Source: an uncultured Flavobacteriales bacterium
Lineage (GTDB): Bacteria; Bacteroidota; Bacteroidia; Flavobacteriales_F; PHOS-HE28
DNA: 64,000 bases
Reading direction: 5' to 3'
Assembly: GCA_963706125.1 (NCBI GenBank)
Contig: CAVPLQ010000008.1
Span: 682,308-746,307, forward strand
The translations under genes were made by a program, and so were the position numbers. Of this stretch, positions 8,976 through 18,471 are shown in pieces. The notes below the pieces were generated by a model. That model was not told the origin of the DNA. It did not search any database and was given only the letters and a program-made list of their open reading frames with translations. Each line of letters begins with the position of its first letter. Within the stretch, counting starts at the first letter, position 1.

Positions 8976-9787
8976 TTGAAGCGGTAGTTCAGGTTCACCA
9001 TCGGGGTGAGGCCCAATTGCGATCGCATCACCGCGGCCAGGTCCAGGTCCAGTTGCCCCACGCGCACACCGACGCCAAAGTGCGCCTTTGTGGGGCCGGT
9101 GCTGATGCCGGTGCGCAGGAAGAGCGCCGAAATAGGCCGGTATTCAATGCCGGCATGGTATTCCTCCGGGCGGTCGATGTCCTTGGAAACTTCGCCCGTC
9201 AACATGACTTGTTCGCTGAAAGTGTAGCCTAAACCTGCGCGGACCACCGTGGGCACCTTTTCATTGTAGGGCCCGCCCAGCTTGGCGCGGTTGGGGTTGT
9301 ACAGGTGCGCGCCGATCCACAGGTGCTCGGTGAGCTTGGCCTGTACGCCCAGCTCGGCGGTGATGGCGCTCGTGCTTCCGTAGTCATCGCCCAGCCGGAG
9401 GTTGAGGTAGTCCAGCTGCACGCCCACGTGCAGCCCGTCGTTCAGCTTCATGGCATAGGCCAGCCCGAAGGTGCGCTGGGCATAGAGCGTGTTGCCGAAG
9501 GAATTGGCGCTGACGGCGAAGGTGCCCTTGCCCACGGGCAGCGCGAAAGCCAGCCCCTGCATGGCGAGGTCCGGGGAGAGCCAGTGCTGCTGGTAGTAGG
9601 CCCCGGCCACCGGACGCTCCAACCCCGCAAGGCCTGCCTGGTTGCTGCTCACGCTCCAGAGGTCCACCAAGGTGACCCCCGCATTGCCCATGCCGGCGAA
9701 GCGGGCGCTCGTGGGGAGATGCTCGCCGCCAGCGAGCGCGGTGGCCGGAGCAAGGGCCACGGCCAAGAGGAAGATCGTCGTGCGCAT
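8972..9787 (-). CDS. small outer-membrane beta-barrel protein, FadL/PorV-PorQ-like
   Basis: 271 aa from ATG at 9785-9787. Signal peptide MRTTIFLLAVALAPATALA. N-terminal motif SARFAGMGNAGVTL..NQAGLAGL resembles the FadL/PorV-family signature; C-terminal ..NLNYRFK. The product's last two codons share the tetranucleotide ATGA with the start of the HhH-OMP gene (operon). Confidence 0.5.
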   Translation of the reverse strand: MRTTIFLLAVALAPATALAGGEHLPTSARFAGMGNAGVTLVDLWSVSSNQAGLAGLERPVAGAYYQQHWLSPDLAMQGLAFALPVGKGTFAVSANSFGNTLYAQRTFGLAYAMKLNDGLHVGVQLDYLNLRLGDDYGSTSAITAELGVQAKLTEHLWIGAHLYNPNRAKLGGPYNEKVPTVVRAGLGYTFSEQVMLTGEVSKDIDRPEEYHAGIEYRPISALFLRTGISTGPTKAHFGVGVRVGQLDLDLAAVMRSQLGLTPMVNLNYRFK

Positions 9788-9978
9788 CGGTCCGAAAGTA
9801 GGTATCCGGAGCATTGGTAGGGAATTGAACATCCCGAAACAAGAGAATGCAGCATGCCGATAGCGCTGCGTTCGATCATGTCCGGTGCTGGAAATGGAAG
9901 CATGGATGGCTCGAATACCGTCTTCAATGGCGATCGGGGAGCGCCACCGCCCCCGATCGCTACCTTCGGCCCCTGCCC

Positions 9979-10518
9979 ATGGAAAAGGTCACCCTTCACG
10001 ACAAGCAGTTCGAGCCGTTCATCAGTGCTACGGACCTGAGCGCGGCCATGGACGCCGTGGCCAAAAAGATCGCAGCTGAATACGCGGACAAAGTGCCGCT
10101 GTTCGTGGGCGTGCTCAACGGGGGCTACTTCTTCGCCTCGGAGCTTCTGAAGCGGCTTCCCATCACCTGCGAGATCACTTTCGTGAAAGTGGCGAGCTAC
10201 CACGGCACGGTAAGCTCCGGCACGGTGAGCCAGTTGATCGGGCTTAACGAGCGCATCGCGGACCGCCACGTAGTGGTGGTGGAGGACATCGTGGACACCG
10301 GCAACACCATCGCGCACATCGTGGAGGCCCTGCGGGAGAAGAACCCGGCGAGCATCGCCATCGCCAGCCTCTTGCTGAAGCCCGATGTGTACAAGAAGGA
10401 CATTCCGATCGATTTCGTGGCCATGGAGATCCCCAATGTCTTCGTGGTGGGTTCCGGTCTGGACCACGATGGCTTAGGGAGGAATCTGCCGGGCATTTAT
10501 CGGATCGTAAACAACTGA
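9979..10518 (+). CDS. hpt: hypoxanthine phosphoribosyltransferase
   Basis: 179 aa from ATG at 9979 (MEKVTLHDKQFEPFISATDL..). PRPP-binding motif VVVVEDIVDTGNT. Confidence 0.85.
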   Translation: MEKVTLHDKQFEPFISATDLSAAMDAVAKKIAAEYADKVPLFVGVLNGGYFFASELLKRLPITCEITFVKVASYHGTVSSGTVSQLIGLNERIADRHVVVVEDIVDTGNTIAHIVEALREKNPASIAIASLLLKPDVYKKDIPIDFVAMEIPNVFVVGSGLDHDGLGRNLPGIYRIVNN

Positions 10519-10548
10519 AATTCCAGCGTCGGGCATCGGCGTTCACCA

Positions 10549-11124
10549 ATGGATAAAATGAACATTGTGCTTTTCGGCCCTCCGGGGGCCGGCAAAGGCA
10601 CGCAGAGCAAATTCCTGATGGAGCGCTATGGCCTCGACCACCTGAGCACGGGCGACCTGCTGCGCGCTGAGATCAAGGCGGAAACACCGCTTGGCTTACA
10701 GGCCCAGGAGCTGATGAGCGCCGGCGAACTGGTGCCGGACCACGTGGTGGTGGGCATGATCCGCAACCTGCTGGAGGAAAGCCCGGATTCCAAAGGCTTC
10801 ATCTTCGACGGGTTTCCGCGTACGCGTGCGCAGGCCGAAGCGCTGGATGAAACACTGGAAAAGATCGGCAGCGACATCTCCCTGATGCTGGCCTTGGAAG
10901 TGGAGGAGGAGGAATTGGTGAAGCGCTTGCTGGGCCGCGGTGCCACCAGCGGCCGCCCGGACGATAAGAGCGAGGAGGTGGTGCGCAAGCGGATCCGCGA
11001 ATACGAGAACAAGACCGCGCCCTTGAAGGAATATTACGAGGAGCAGGGCAAGCTGCGGCGCATCGACGGCATGGGCGGGATCGCTGACATCACTGCGCGG
11101 CTCACGGCTTCCATTGACATGTGA
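10549..11124 (+). CDS. adk: adenylate kinase
   Basis: P-loop GPPGAGKGTQ, ..HLSTGDLLRAEI.., LID-less short form, 191 aa. Start may instead be the ATG at 10558. Confidence 0.9.
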   Translation: MDKMNIVLFGPPGAGKGTQSKFLMERYGLDHLSTGDLLRAEIKAETPLGLQAQELMSAGELVPDHVVVGMIRNLLEESPDSKGFIFDGFPRTRAQAEALDETLEKIGSDISLMLALEVEEEELVKRLLGRGATSGRPDDKSEEVVRKRIREYENKTAPLKEYYEEQGKLRRIDGMGGIADITARLTASIDM

Positions 11125-11269
11125 CGTTTAGTTGTCCGTTGTCAGGCTACCGACGGATCCAGCAGGCAGCCCCTTTCGGGCAATGCGTCCGTGATCTGCG
11201 CCATCCCTGTTCAGGTCGGGACCCACCTGCGGAAATCCATTCCTCCCAGCCATTCACCACCTTTGCGGC

Positions 11270-12295
11270 ATGTCCTCAGCGAACTTTATCGACCAGATCA
11301 AGATCGAATGCCGCTCCGGCAAGGGTGGCGCGGGCAGCCGCCACATGCGGCGCGAGAAGTACATCCCCAGGGGCGGCCCCGATGGTGGTGACGGAGGCCG
11401 CGGGGGCCACATCATCCTGCGCGCCAACCCCCAATTGTGGACGCTGTTGCACCTGCGCTATACGAAGCACGTGATCGCCAAGGACGGCGAGAGCGGAAGC
11501 AGAAGCCAGAGCAGTGGCAAAATGGGGGAGGACCGCATCATCGAAGTGCCGTTGGGCACGGTGGCCAAGGACCCGGAGACGGGTGAGATCTTTTGCGAGA
11601 TCACCGAACCGGGTCAGGAGCTGGTCCTGCTCGAAGGCGGCCGTGGCGGACTGGGCAACCAGCATTTCCATAGCTCCACCTTCCAGACACCGCGCTTTGC
11701 ACAACCGGGTGAACCCGGGCTGGAGCAATGGTTCGTGCTGGAGCTGAAGGTGCTGGCGGACGTTGGCCTCGTGGGCTTCCCGAACGCAGGCAAAAGCACC
11801 TTGCTTTCCGTGGTGAGCGAGGCACGGCCAAAGATCGCCGACTACCCGTTCACCACCTTGGTGCCCAACCTCGGCATCGTGGCCTATCGCGATAACAAGA
11901 GCTTCGTGATGGCGGACATCCCCGGCATCATCGAGGGCGCGCACGAGGGCAAGGGCATCGGCCTGCGCTTCCTGCGCCACATCGAACGCAACAGCGTCCT
12001 GCTTTTCATGGTGGCCGCGGACAGCCCGGACATCGCGGCGGAGTACAAGGTGCTGCTGAACGAGCTGGCGCAATACTCGCCGGAGCTGTTGGACAAGGAC
12101 CGGTTGCTGGCCGTGACCAAGAGCGACCTGCTGGACGAGGAACTGATCGCCGCCTTGCGCAAGGAGCTGCCCAAGGATGTGGAGCACGTCTTCATCAGCT
12201 CCGTGGCGAACCATGGGCTGGACAGTTTGAAGGACTTGATCTGGTCGAAGATCCATACTACGGTGGAGCCGATACCTCCGCCAAGCCGCTTTTGA
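11270..12295 (+). CDS. obgE: GTPase ObgE/CgtA
   Basis: 341 aa. Obg N-terminal Gly-rich fold (..[29 protein letters not shown]..) plus GTPase domain with G motifs (GFPNAGKST.., DIPGIIEGA.., TKSD). Confidence 0.9.
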   Translation: MSSANFIDQIKIECRSGKGGAGSRHMRREKYIPRGGPDGGDGGRGGHIILRANPQLWTLLHLRYTKHVIAKDGESGSRSQSSGKMGEDRIIEVPLGTVAKDPETGEIFCEITEPGQELVLLEGGRGGLGNQHFHSSTFQTPRFAQPGEPGLEQWFVLELKVLADVGLVGFPNAGKSTLLSVVSEARPKIADYPFTTLVPNLGIVAYRDNKSFVMADIPGIIEGAHEGKGIGLRFLRHIERNSVLLFMVAADSPDIAAEYKVLLNELAQYSPELLDKDRLLAVTKSDLLDEELIAALRKELPKDVEHVFISSVANHGLDSLKDLIWSKIHTTVEPIPPPSRF

Positions 12296-12876
12296 TGAGC
12301 TGGGCGGAAACGATACTTGCCGCCGATCGTACCGGATTTCTGGCCGTGAACGGTGCGCATAGCGCCGCGGCCGATCCGTGGATGGTGCTCATGAGCGATC
12401 CGCGCGTCTGGATACCGGTATACGTGCTTTTTCTGGTGTTGATCAAGCTGCGCTGGGGCTGGCGCGGGCTGTGGTGGTCACTGCCGGTGGCCACCCTGAT
12501 GATCTTTTGCAGCGACACCGGTTCCGTAGTGCTCTTCAAAGACACCGTGCAGCGCTTGCGCCCCTGTCATGCCCCGGACCTGCAAGGTCTGGTCCATTTG
12601 GTGAATGACCATTGCGGAGGGAAGTACGGCTTCATCTCCTCCCATGCGGCCAATCATTTCGCGCTGGCCGCGTTCATGGCGGGCATGCTGCGCCGTGATC
12701 CCTGGTGGGGCTTGCCGCTGCTGCTGCTCTGGGCCGGGGTGATCGCATACAGCCGCGTGTACCTCGGTGCGCATTATCCCGGCGACGTCATCGTAGGAGC
12801 GCTGTATGGCTCGCTTATCGGCGGCCTGGCCTACTCACTTTTCCGTGCCATTCACCAAAGGACCGGCGAACGATGA
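12292..12876 (+). CDS. PAP2-superfamily phosphatase (phosphatidic-acid/undecaprenyl-diphosphate phosphatase-like)
   Basis: 194 aa membrane protein with PAP2 motifs (KDTVQRLRP.., SSHAANHF.., [13 protein letters not shown]). Overlaps the obg stop via ATGA (12292-12295). Confidence 0.75.
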   Translation: MMSWAETILAADRTGFLAVNGAHSAAADPWMVLMSDPRVWIPVYVLFLVLIKLRWGWRGLWWSLPVATLMIFCSDTGSVVLFKDTVQRLRPCHAPDLQGLVHLVNDHCGGKYGFISSHAANHFALAAFMAGMLRRDPWWGLPLLLLWAGVIAYSRVYLGAHYPGDVIVGALYGSLIGGLAYSLFRAIHQRTGER

Positions 12877-13241
12877 ACATCTGGGCAGCGGTATTCCTCG
12901 GAGGTGGCATCGGCAGCCTCATGCGCTTTGGCGTTACTCGGCTGCTGCTGGCGTTGGACCTGCGGGGCGCATTCCCTTGGGCCACGCTCATCGCGAACGT
13001 TCTGTCCGTTGTGATCCTCGCTTGGGTGCTGCTTCGCCTTCCGGCACATTTCCAGCAGCGCCCGGCTCTTTCCGCATTCATCACCATCGGGATCTGCGGC
13101 GGCTTTAGCACCTTCAGTACGTTCAGCTACGAGAATTTTCTCTTGATCCGGGAAGGACTTCCGGGCATGGCGTTGGCCAACATCGCGCTGAACGTGGTGG
13201 CCTGCTTGGCGATCTTCTTCATCATGGCACGAAGCGTATGA
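12873..13241 (+). CDS. crcB: fluoride ion channel CrcB/FluC
   Basis: 122 aa ([31 protein letters not shown]..), four TM helices with the canonical crcB motifs. Its start overlaps the PAP2 stop (cgATGAac). Confidence 0.85.
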   Translation: MNIWAAVFLGGGIGSLMRFGVTRLLLALDLRGAFPWATLIANVLSVVILAWVLLRLPAHFQQRPALSAFITIGICGGFSTFSTFSYENFLLIREGLPGMALANIALNVVACLAIFFIMARSV

Positions 13242-14854
13242 GACTTGCATTCACGGGAGCTTGCGCGCTCCTTTTCCTGGCCGCTCGATCACAAGATCCC
13301 CAATGGACGAAGCCGCCTAAACTGGTGGTGGGCATCGTGGTGGACCAGATGCGCGTGGACAACATCTATCGCTATTGGGACAACTTCGGCGATGGCGGAT
13401 TCAAGCGGTTGGTGCGTGAAGGTTCCTTCCAGCGTGATGCGCACTACGACTATGTGCCCACCTTCACGGCACCGGGCCACACGAGCATCTACACCGGCAC
13501 CACGCCCGCCCACCATGGCATCGTGTCCAACTATCCCTACGTCCGAAGCCTTCGCCATAGCTGGTATTGCGCGAAGGACACTACGGTTGACCCGGTGGGC
13601 ACGGCCGATCTCAGCGCCGAACGGTCGCCGTACCAGCTGCTGGCCAGCACCTTGGCGGATGAACTTGAGCTGCGCACGGACCGCCGGTCACGCACCGTGG
13701 GCATCGCCTTGAAGGACCGCTCCGCGATCATGCCCATTGGCAGAACTGGCGATGCCGCCTACTGGTACGTGGGCGGTGAAGAAGGGAAGTTCGTGACCAG
13801 CTCGTGGTACAGAAAAGAGCTACCGACCTGGTTGAACGCGTTCAACCGGAAAGGGCTGGCCGCCAAGCACCTGGACCGCACTTGGGAACTCTCCCTGCCG
13901 CGCGACCGCTACCATACGCCCTTGCCGGACGATAATCCTTACGAGGAAGCCTTGGGCAAGGACCTGCGTCCGACCCTGCCGGTGGACCTGGCCGCCTTGC
14001 GGAAAGCAGGGGCCGATCTACGGCTGCTCGTATACACGCCCTGGGGCAACACGCTCACCACGGACATGGCCATCGCCGCCATCGCCGGGGATTCATTGGG
14101 CATGGACGCCGTTCCCGACCTGCTGGCCCTGAGCTACAGCAGTCCGGACGAACTGGCCCATGGCATGGGACAACGGTCCATCGAGCTGGAAGATATCTAT
14201 GTGCGTTTGGACGCGGACCTCGCACGCTTGCTGAGTTACTTGGACGAGCATGTGGGAACGGGCGAATACACCGTCTTTCTCACGGGCGATCATGGCGGTG
14301 CCGACGTGCCCGCCTACCTGCGTGACCTGAAGGGCAGTGCGGGCTACACGTCGATGGCGGAGCTACAGGTCTGGATCGGTGAGCAAGGATTCGCGGGCAT
14401 GATCGACACCGTCCGGCAGGGGCAGGTCTACCTGAAAGTGAATGCCCCGAAGGAAACCGCAGAAGCGGTGGCCCATGCCCTGAGCATGCACCCGGCGGTG
14501 GCCTGTGCCGTTTCCGGAGATCGCCTGCAGTACATGGGCCAGCTTCGGGGCATCGCGCACGCCTTGGCCCGGGGCTACATGCCGCAACGTTGCGGGGATG
14601 TGCTCTTCGCCCTGCGCCCCGGCTATTTCGAGGCGGAATACAGCAATGACGGCAAAGGTACCGAGCACGGGGCGGCGTGGAATTACGACACTCAGGTGCC
14701 GGTCGTTTTCTTCGGGAAGCACGTGGTGAAAGGGGTGGTTTTGCGGCGCACCTCGATCACGGACATCGCGCCCACGGTCTCCACGATCCTGGGCATGGCA
14801 CTGCCCAATGCCGCTGATGGACGGGTGGTGCCGGAGGCCATCAGCCCACATTGA
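13238..14854 (+). CDS. alkaline-phosphatase-superfamily phosphatase (PafA / nucleotide pyrophosphatase-phosphodiesterase-like), secreted
   Basis: 538 aa with signal peptide, then GIVVDQMRVDN.. / ..TFTAPGHTSIYTGTTPAHHGIV.. / ..FLTGDHGG.. metal-site motifs of PafA-type enzymes. Overlaps the crcB stop by 4 nt. Confidence 0.7.
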   Translation: MRLAFTGACALLFLAARSQDPQWTKPPKLVVGIVVDQMRVDNIYRYWDNFGDGGFKRLVREGSFQRDAHYDYVPTFTAPGHTSIYTGTTPAHHGIVSNYPYVRSLRHSWYCAKDTTVDPVGTADLSAERSPYQLLASTLADELELRTDRRSRTVGIALKDRSAIMPIGRTGDAAYWYVGGEEGKFVTSSWYRKELPTWLNAFNRKGLAAKHLDRTWELSLPRDRYHTPLPDDNPYEEALGKDLRPTLPVDLAALRKAGADLRLLVYTPWGNTLTTDMAIAAIAGDSLGMDAVPDLLALSYSSPDELAHGMGQRSIELEDIYVRLDADLARLLSYLDEHVGTGEYTVFLTGDHGGADVPAYLRDLKGSAGYTSMAELQVWIGEQGFAGMIDTVRQGQVYLKVNAPKETAEAVAHALSMHPAVACAVSGDRLQYMGQLRGIAHALARGYMPQRCGDVLFALRPGYFEAEYSNDGKGTEHGAAWNYDTQVPVVFFGKHVVKGVVLRRTSITDIAPTVSTILGMALPNAADGRVVPEAISPH

Positions 14855-14992
14855 TCATCCTGACCGGCGAACCTAAGCTCAAGATGCTCCTTGCGAAAGG
14901 GCCTGGATCGGCAGGTGTTGGAGCGGATTGTTAGAGCTTTCATGCCGGTGGACTGGCGCCGCGTTGTGCAGTGCTTTAAGTTAGCTCCGCCA

Positions 14993-16345
14993 ATGCCACC
15001 GTACATTCCTCTTCGGGGGATCCTCTTCTTCTTTTTCCCGTGGACCTTCGGCTCCCTGTCCGCGCAATCACCGCTGTCGTTGGTCGCCCAAGGGACCGTT
15101 GATTCCATCGCCGTGGCGGGGTTCGTGGGAGATCCGATGTCCGGTGCGGCCGTGTTCCGAGCGGATTGGACCGGTGTGGACGGCCGGGCACCTGCATTCA
15201 AGTTCAGAATGCTGACCGGTCATCAGGAAGACGGTAGCACTGCCTTGGACGAGCTGATCATTTCCGGGGTTGAACAGTACTTGGACCAGCGGGTCCATTT
15301 CACCCGCGATGGTGTGCAGGTGGACATCCCCGTATCGCGCTTGGCTTCCGGTATTGATGGGATGATCGGCATGGCGGCTGCGCGCTTCGGGGCGCCGGCC
15401 ATACCCATGTCCGCTGCCACCAAGGAGCAGTTAGGCCGTGTTTCCCGGATCGATTGGAGCCAGGCGACCTTCGGCGTTGACGGGGGCGACGACCAGGAGA
15501 AGTACCTCGCGATCTACTACTACGTAAGGGCGCAACGCCAAGAGCTGGAACGCCAGCTGCACAACGACCTGATCTCGCTGTCGACGGTGGATGTGCTTCC
15601 TCCGCAGGGAGCGGCACAGCGGGATCCCGGCAAAAGCGAACCCGTGCCCACCGTCTGTAGCACCGTCTTCGATGAGGACAACTACCTCTGTGCCTTGGAC
15701 CTGAAAATGGACGGCGGCAAAGCGTCTCCGGACGTGAAGTTGACCGATGCGATGCTTTCGGATATCGCGGCGAAGGCCAAGGGAGCGGAAGAGCTGCCAC
15801 CGGCACCCAAGCTGCGCAAGCGGGACCGTTGGTTGAAGGCGGAGCTGGACGCCATCAACCGCAGGATCGACCAGAGCGATCAACGCAAGGAGCTATGGGC
15901 ATTGCGGGACCGGATGGACGACATGGAAGGACGCTTGGACGACATCGGCATGCAGGTGGACGAGCTGAAGACGGACCGGGCCTCACCGGGGGCAGCAGAG
16001 AATCCGGTGGCTTCACTGAGCGCGCTCACCGGGCGGAATCTGACGGTGCGTTTCAGCAAAGGATCATCGGAACTGGAGCGGAATGAAAGGGCATTGCTGG
16101 ATGAAGTTGCCCTCTTCATGAGGCAGGCTCCCCTCGGCCGGGTGCTGGTGACCGGCTATGCGGACAGGAGCGGTGACCTCGCCTTGAACTTGGCTCTTAG
16201 CGAAAGGCGCGCAAAGGCGGTACGGTCCTATCTGCTCGGGCAAGGCATTGAAGGCAGCCGAGTGCTGATGAACTACTACGGTGCAAGCCGGAGCACGGGT
16301 GTGGACCCGTCCGAACGAAGGGTTGAGCTGGAGTGGGTCCGCTAA
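14993..16345 (+). CDS. OmpA-family protein (coiled-coil linker plus C-terminal OmpA-like peptidoglycan-binding domain)
   Basis: Signal-like N-terminus MPPYIPLRGILFFFFPWTFGSLSAQ. C-terminus ..TGYADRSGDLALNLALSERRAKAVRSYL..RRVELEWVR is an OmpA_C domain. Confidence 0.7.
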   Translation: MPPYIPLRGILFFFFPWTFGSLSAQSPLSLVAQGTVDSIAVAGFVGDPMSGAAVFRADWTGVDGRAPAFKFRMLTGHQEDGSTALDELIISGVEQYLDQRVHFTRDGVQVDIPVSRLASGIDGMIGMAAARFGAPAIPMSAATKEQLGRVSRIDWSQATFGVDGGDDQEKYLAIYYYVRAQRQELERQLHNDLISLSTVDVLPPQGAAQRDPGKSEPVPTVCSTVFDEDNYLCALDLKMDGGKASPDVKLTDAMLSDIAAKAKGAEELPPAPKLRKRDRWLKAELDAINRRIDQSDQRKELWALRDRMDDMEGRLDDIGMQVDELKTDRASPGAAENPVASLSALTGRNLTVRFSKGSSELERNERALLDEVALFMRQAPLGRVLVTGYADRSGDLALNLALSERRAKAVRSYLLGQGIEGSRVLMNYYGASRSTGVDPSERRVELEWVR

Positions 16346-16367
16346 CGGTCCCCGATTCCTGCCTCGC

Positions 16368-18062
16368 TCATTTGGCGTACCTGTCGCTGCGGAAAGTCAC
16401 TTCCACAAAAGTGCCGCCGTCGTGGGTCACGCGCATGGTGCCGTCGAGCTGGTCGGTGAGTGCTTCCACCACTTCCAGTCCCAATTGCGTCTCTTTGACA
16501 TCCTCTGGGCTGAAGCCTTTGCCATTGTCCTTCACGCCAAGGACGAACGTGCCATCACCAGGGTCCCGCACCGTGATCTCAATATGCCCGCCTGTGGCGT
16601 AGGGGAACGCATGTTGGTGGCAGTTGGCGAGCAGTTCGCAAAAGACCATGCCTAACTGAATGGCGGTGTCCGCGTCGCAACGGACACCGGCGGCGTCCAC
16701 GTTGAAGCTTACCGAGCGGCTGTCGGGGTCGAACATGGCGGCGATGGCCTTGGCCAGGTCATCCAGGAAAACGCCGAGGTCCACGGCGGAAAGATCGGTC
16801 TGGCGGTAGAGCTTATGGTGTACCAGGGCCATGGAATCGATGCGGCGCTTGCCGCGCATGAACTCACTCTGTGCCTCGCTGCCGGGAACGCGTTGGGCCT
16901 GGAGGTTCAGCAGGCTGCTGACCACTTGCAGGTTGTTCTTCACCCGGTGATGGACCTCGCGGTCCAGCACTTCGCGCTCGTCAATGGCCTTTGCCAAATG
17001 CCGGGCTTGCAGGCTCGAGCGCCGTTCCTGGCGCCGTACACGCTTTTCCGCGCCCCGATTGTGGAGAAAGACCATCGTCAACAGCGCGGCCAAGAGCACC
17101 AGCAGCACCAACACCGACCAAAGGGCGATGCGTGCTTCCTGGTTCCATACTTCGATCTCACGCGCACCGATCATCACCCCGGTGTAGAGCTTGGCTCCGT
17201 TCAGGTTCAAGGGAACAATACGCCCGATCCACGGATCTTCTCCGATCGATCCGTGGAAGTCCGTGATCGGCCGGTCCTCGCTCCAATCCTTCAGCACCCT
17301 GTCCCACGATCGTCCGACGGAGGATGTGTCATGCGCATTTCTCAGTGACCGGCCTTTGGAATTAAGCTCGATCGTGGAGACTTCAGTGGACCATTGCGAT
17401 AACTGGGAGAACATGGCATCGGCGTCGATGTCGAAGTGGACCACCCTGTATGCCGCATCGTCCGACCCGCCCCGGACCAACAAGGAAATATGGAGGATCT
17501 CCGCTCCATTCGGACCCTTTCCCTCAGACCATGCAGGCTGGTCCCGTCCGTTCTCCAGTGCCTGGCTGAACCAAATGTCCTCCCGCGGGTCATTGTCAGC
17601 TTCAGCGGCTACGGGCATCGGTATTTTTGCGGTCCGAACGGGCCATTCCCAACGCAAAGTGCTTGCCGGAACGCTGGCACGCATGGTCGAGGTGAAACGC
17701 CACATGCTGTCCACAAGCTGGAGGATGTGCTCATCCCCCCGGTCGTTGGCGACCCCGATGGCCCGGATCGCAAACCGGCTGCGCATCACGGGCAACCAAC
17801 GTTTGATCAATTCCGTGTCGTTGACCGTATCGTTTTCCTGTAAGTACCCGGATTCCTCGTTCAGGCCCCAGGAAAAGGTGTTCGTGAGCAGTTCCATGCG
17901 CCAGCGCTGCTCGTCCAACGAGCGGTCCAGCGCCAGCTTGGTCAATTGCTCTCCGCGTTCGGTGTTGTGTGACAGACCTCGTGCCAATAGGGCCAAGGCC
18001 AACACCATCAGTATGGCGACACCGATGATCGTCCACCGTTCTGATATGCGCTTCTTGATCAA
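16368..18062 (-). CDS. sensor histidine kinase, HisKA_2/HWE-type, with periplasmic sensor domain; orphan
   Basis: 564 aa with an N-terminal TM helix, a large periplasmic region, and a second TM helix. The cytoplasmic part has a coiled-coil, then the H-box EVHHRVKNNLQVVSSLLNLQ and a HATPase_c domain (..DNGKGF..). No adjacent response regulator. Confidence 0.8.
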   Translation of the reverse strand: MIKKRISERWTIIGVAILMVLALALLARGLSHNTERGEQLTKLALDRSLDEQRWRMELLTNTFSWGLNEESGYLQENDTVNDTELIKRWLPVMRSRFAIRAIGVANDRGDEHILQLVDSMWRFTSTMRASVPASTLRWEWPVRTAKIPMPVAAEADNDPREDIWFSQALENGRDQPAWSEGKGPNGAEILHISLLVRGGSDDAAYRVVHFDIDADAMFSQLSQWSTEVSTIELNSKGRSLRNAHDTSSVGRSWDRVLKDWSEDRPITDFHGSIGEDPWIGRIVPLNLNGAKLYTGVMIGAREIEVWNQEARIALWSVLVLLVLLAALLTMVFLHNRGAEKRVRRQERRSSLQARHLAKAIDEREVLDREVHHRVKNNLQVVSSLLNLQAQRVPGSEAQSEFMRGKRRIDSMALVHHKLYRQTDLSAVDLGVFLDDLAKAIAAMFDPDSRSVSFNVDAAGVRCDADTAIQLGMVFCELLANCHQHAFPYATGGHIEITVRDPGDGTFVLGVKDNGKGFSPEDVKETQLGLEVVEALTDQLDGTMRVTHDGGTFVEVTFRSDRYAK

Positions 18063-18084
18063 AGTCGTGAGCTGATTGGGTCGA

Positions 18085-18471
18085 TCAGGGGCATGATCCG
18101 GTGCGTTCCACGTTATACTCGGTCAGCTCCACTTTGGCATCGGGGCTGGCGGTTTGTTCCGGGGTGAGTTTCTGCGGAACGAAGTAGATGCCGTTCAATT
18201 TACCGTTGAACGTCCGCCCCGCAGGAATGCAGGTATCCGTCGTGAACTGCTCCACGGTGAAAGCTTGATAGTAGAGGTCCAGCCCCAATTGCAACTGCTG
18301 CGCGGCCGGGCTTGCGTTCACGATCTTCAGCAACAGTTCGCTCGGCTTGCCGGCCCTGTGGTTCCAGCGGTAACTCACGGACACATCGTCCTTTTGCCCG
18401 GCCTGTATGAACTGGGGTGCCGCACAGCCCAGAGCGGGCATCGACAAAAGGAGGAGCAGGGCTTTTCTCAT
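18085..18471 (-). CDS. hypothetical secreted/lipoprotein
   Basis: 128 aa with signal peptide MRKALLLLLSMPALGCA. Overlaps the ltaE stop by 4 nt. Confidence 0.5.
   Translation of the reverse strand: MRKALLLLLSMPALGCAAPQFIQAGQKDDVSVSYRWNHRAGKPSELLLKIVNASPAAQQLQLGLDLYYQAFTVEQFTTDTCIPAGRTFNGKLNGIYFVPQKLTPEQTASPDAKVELTEYNVERTGSCP

Noticed and set aside
11276-12256. 326-aa minus-strand ORF
   Set aside because: Antisense to obgE, which has full-length GTPase homology. A high-GC artefact.
12250-12880. Fluoride riboswitch expected upstream of crcB
   Set aside because: crcB start overlaps the PAP2 stop, and PAP2 overlaps obg. No non-coding space, and I see no crcB-motif-like sequence by eye. Only a covariance-model scan could settle it.
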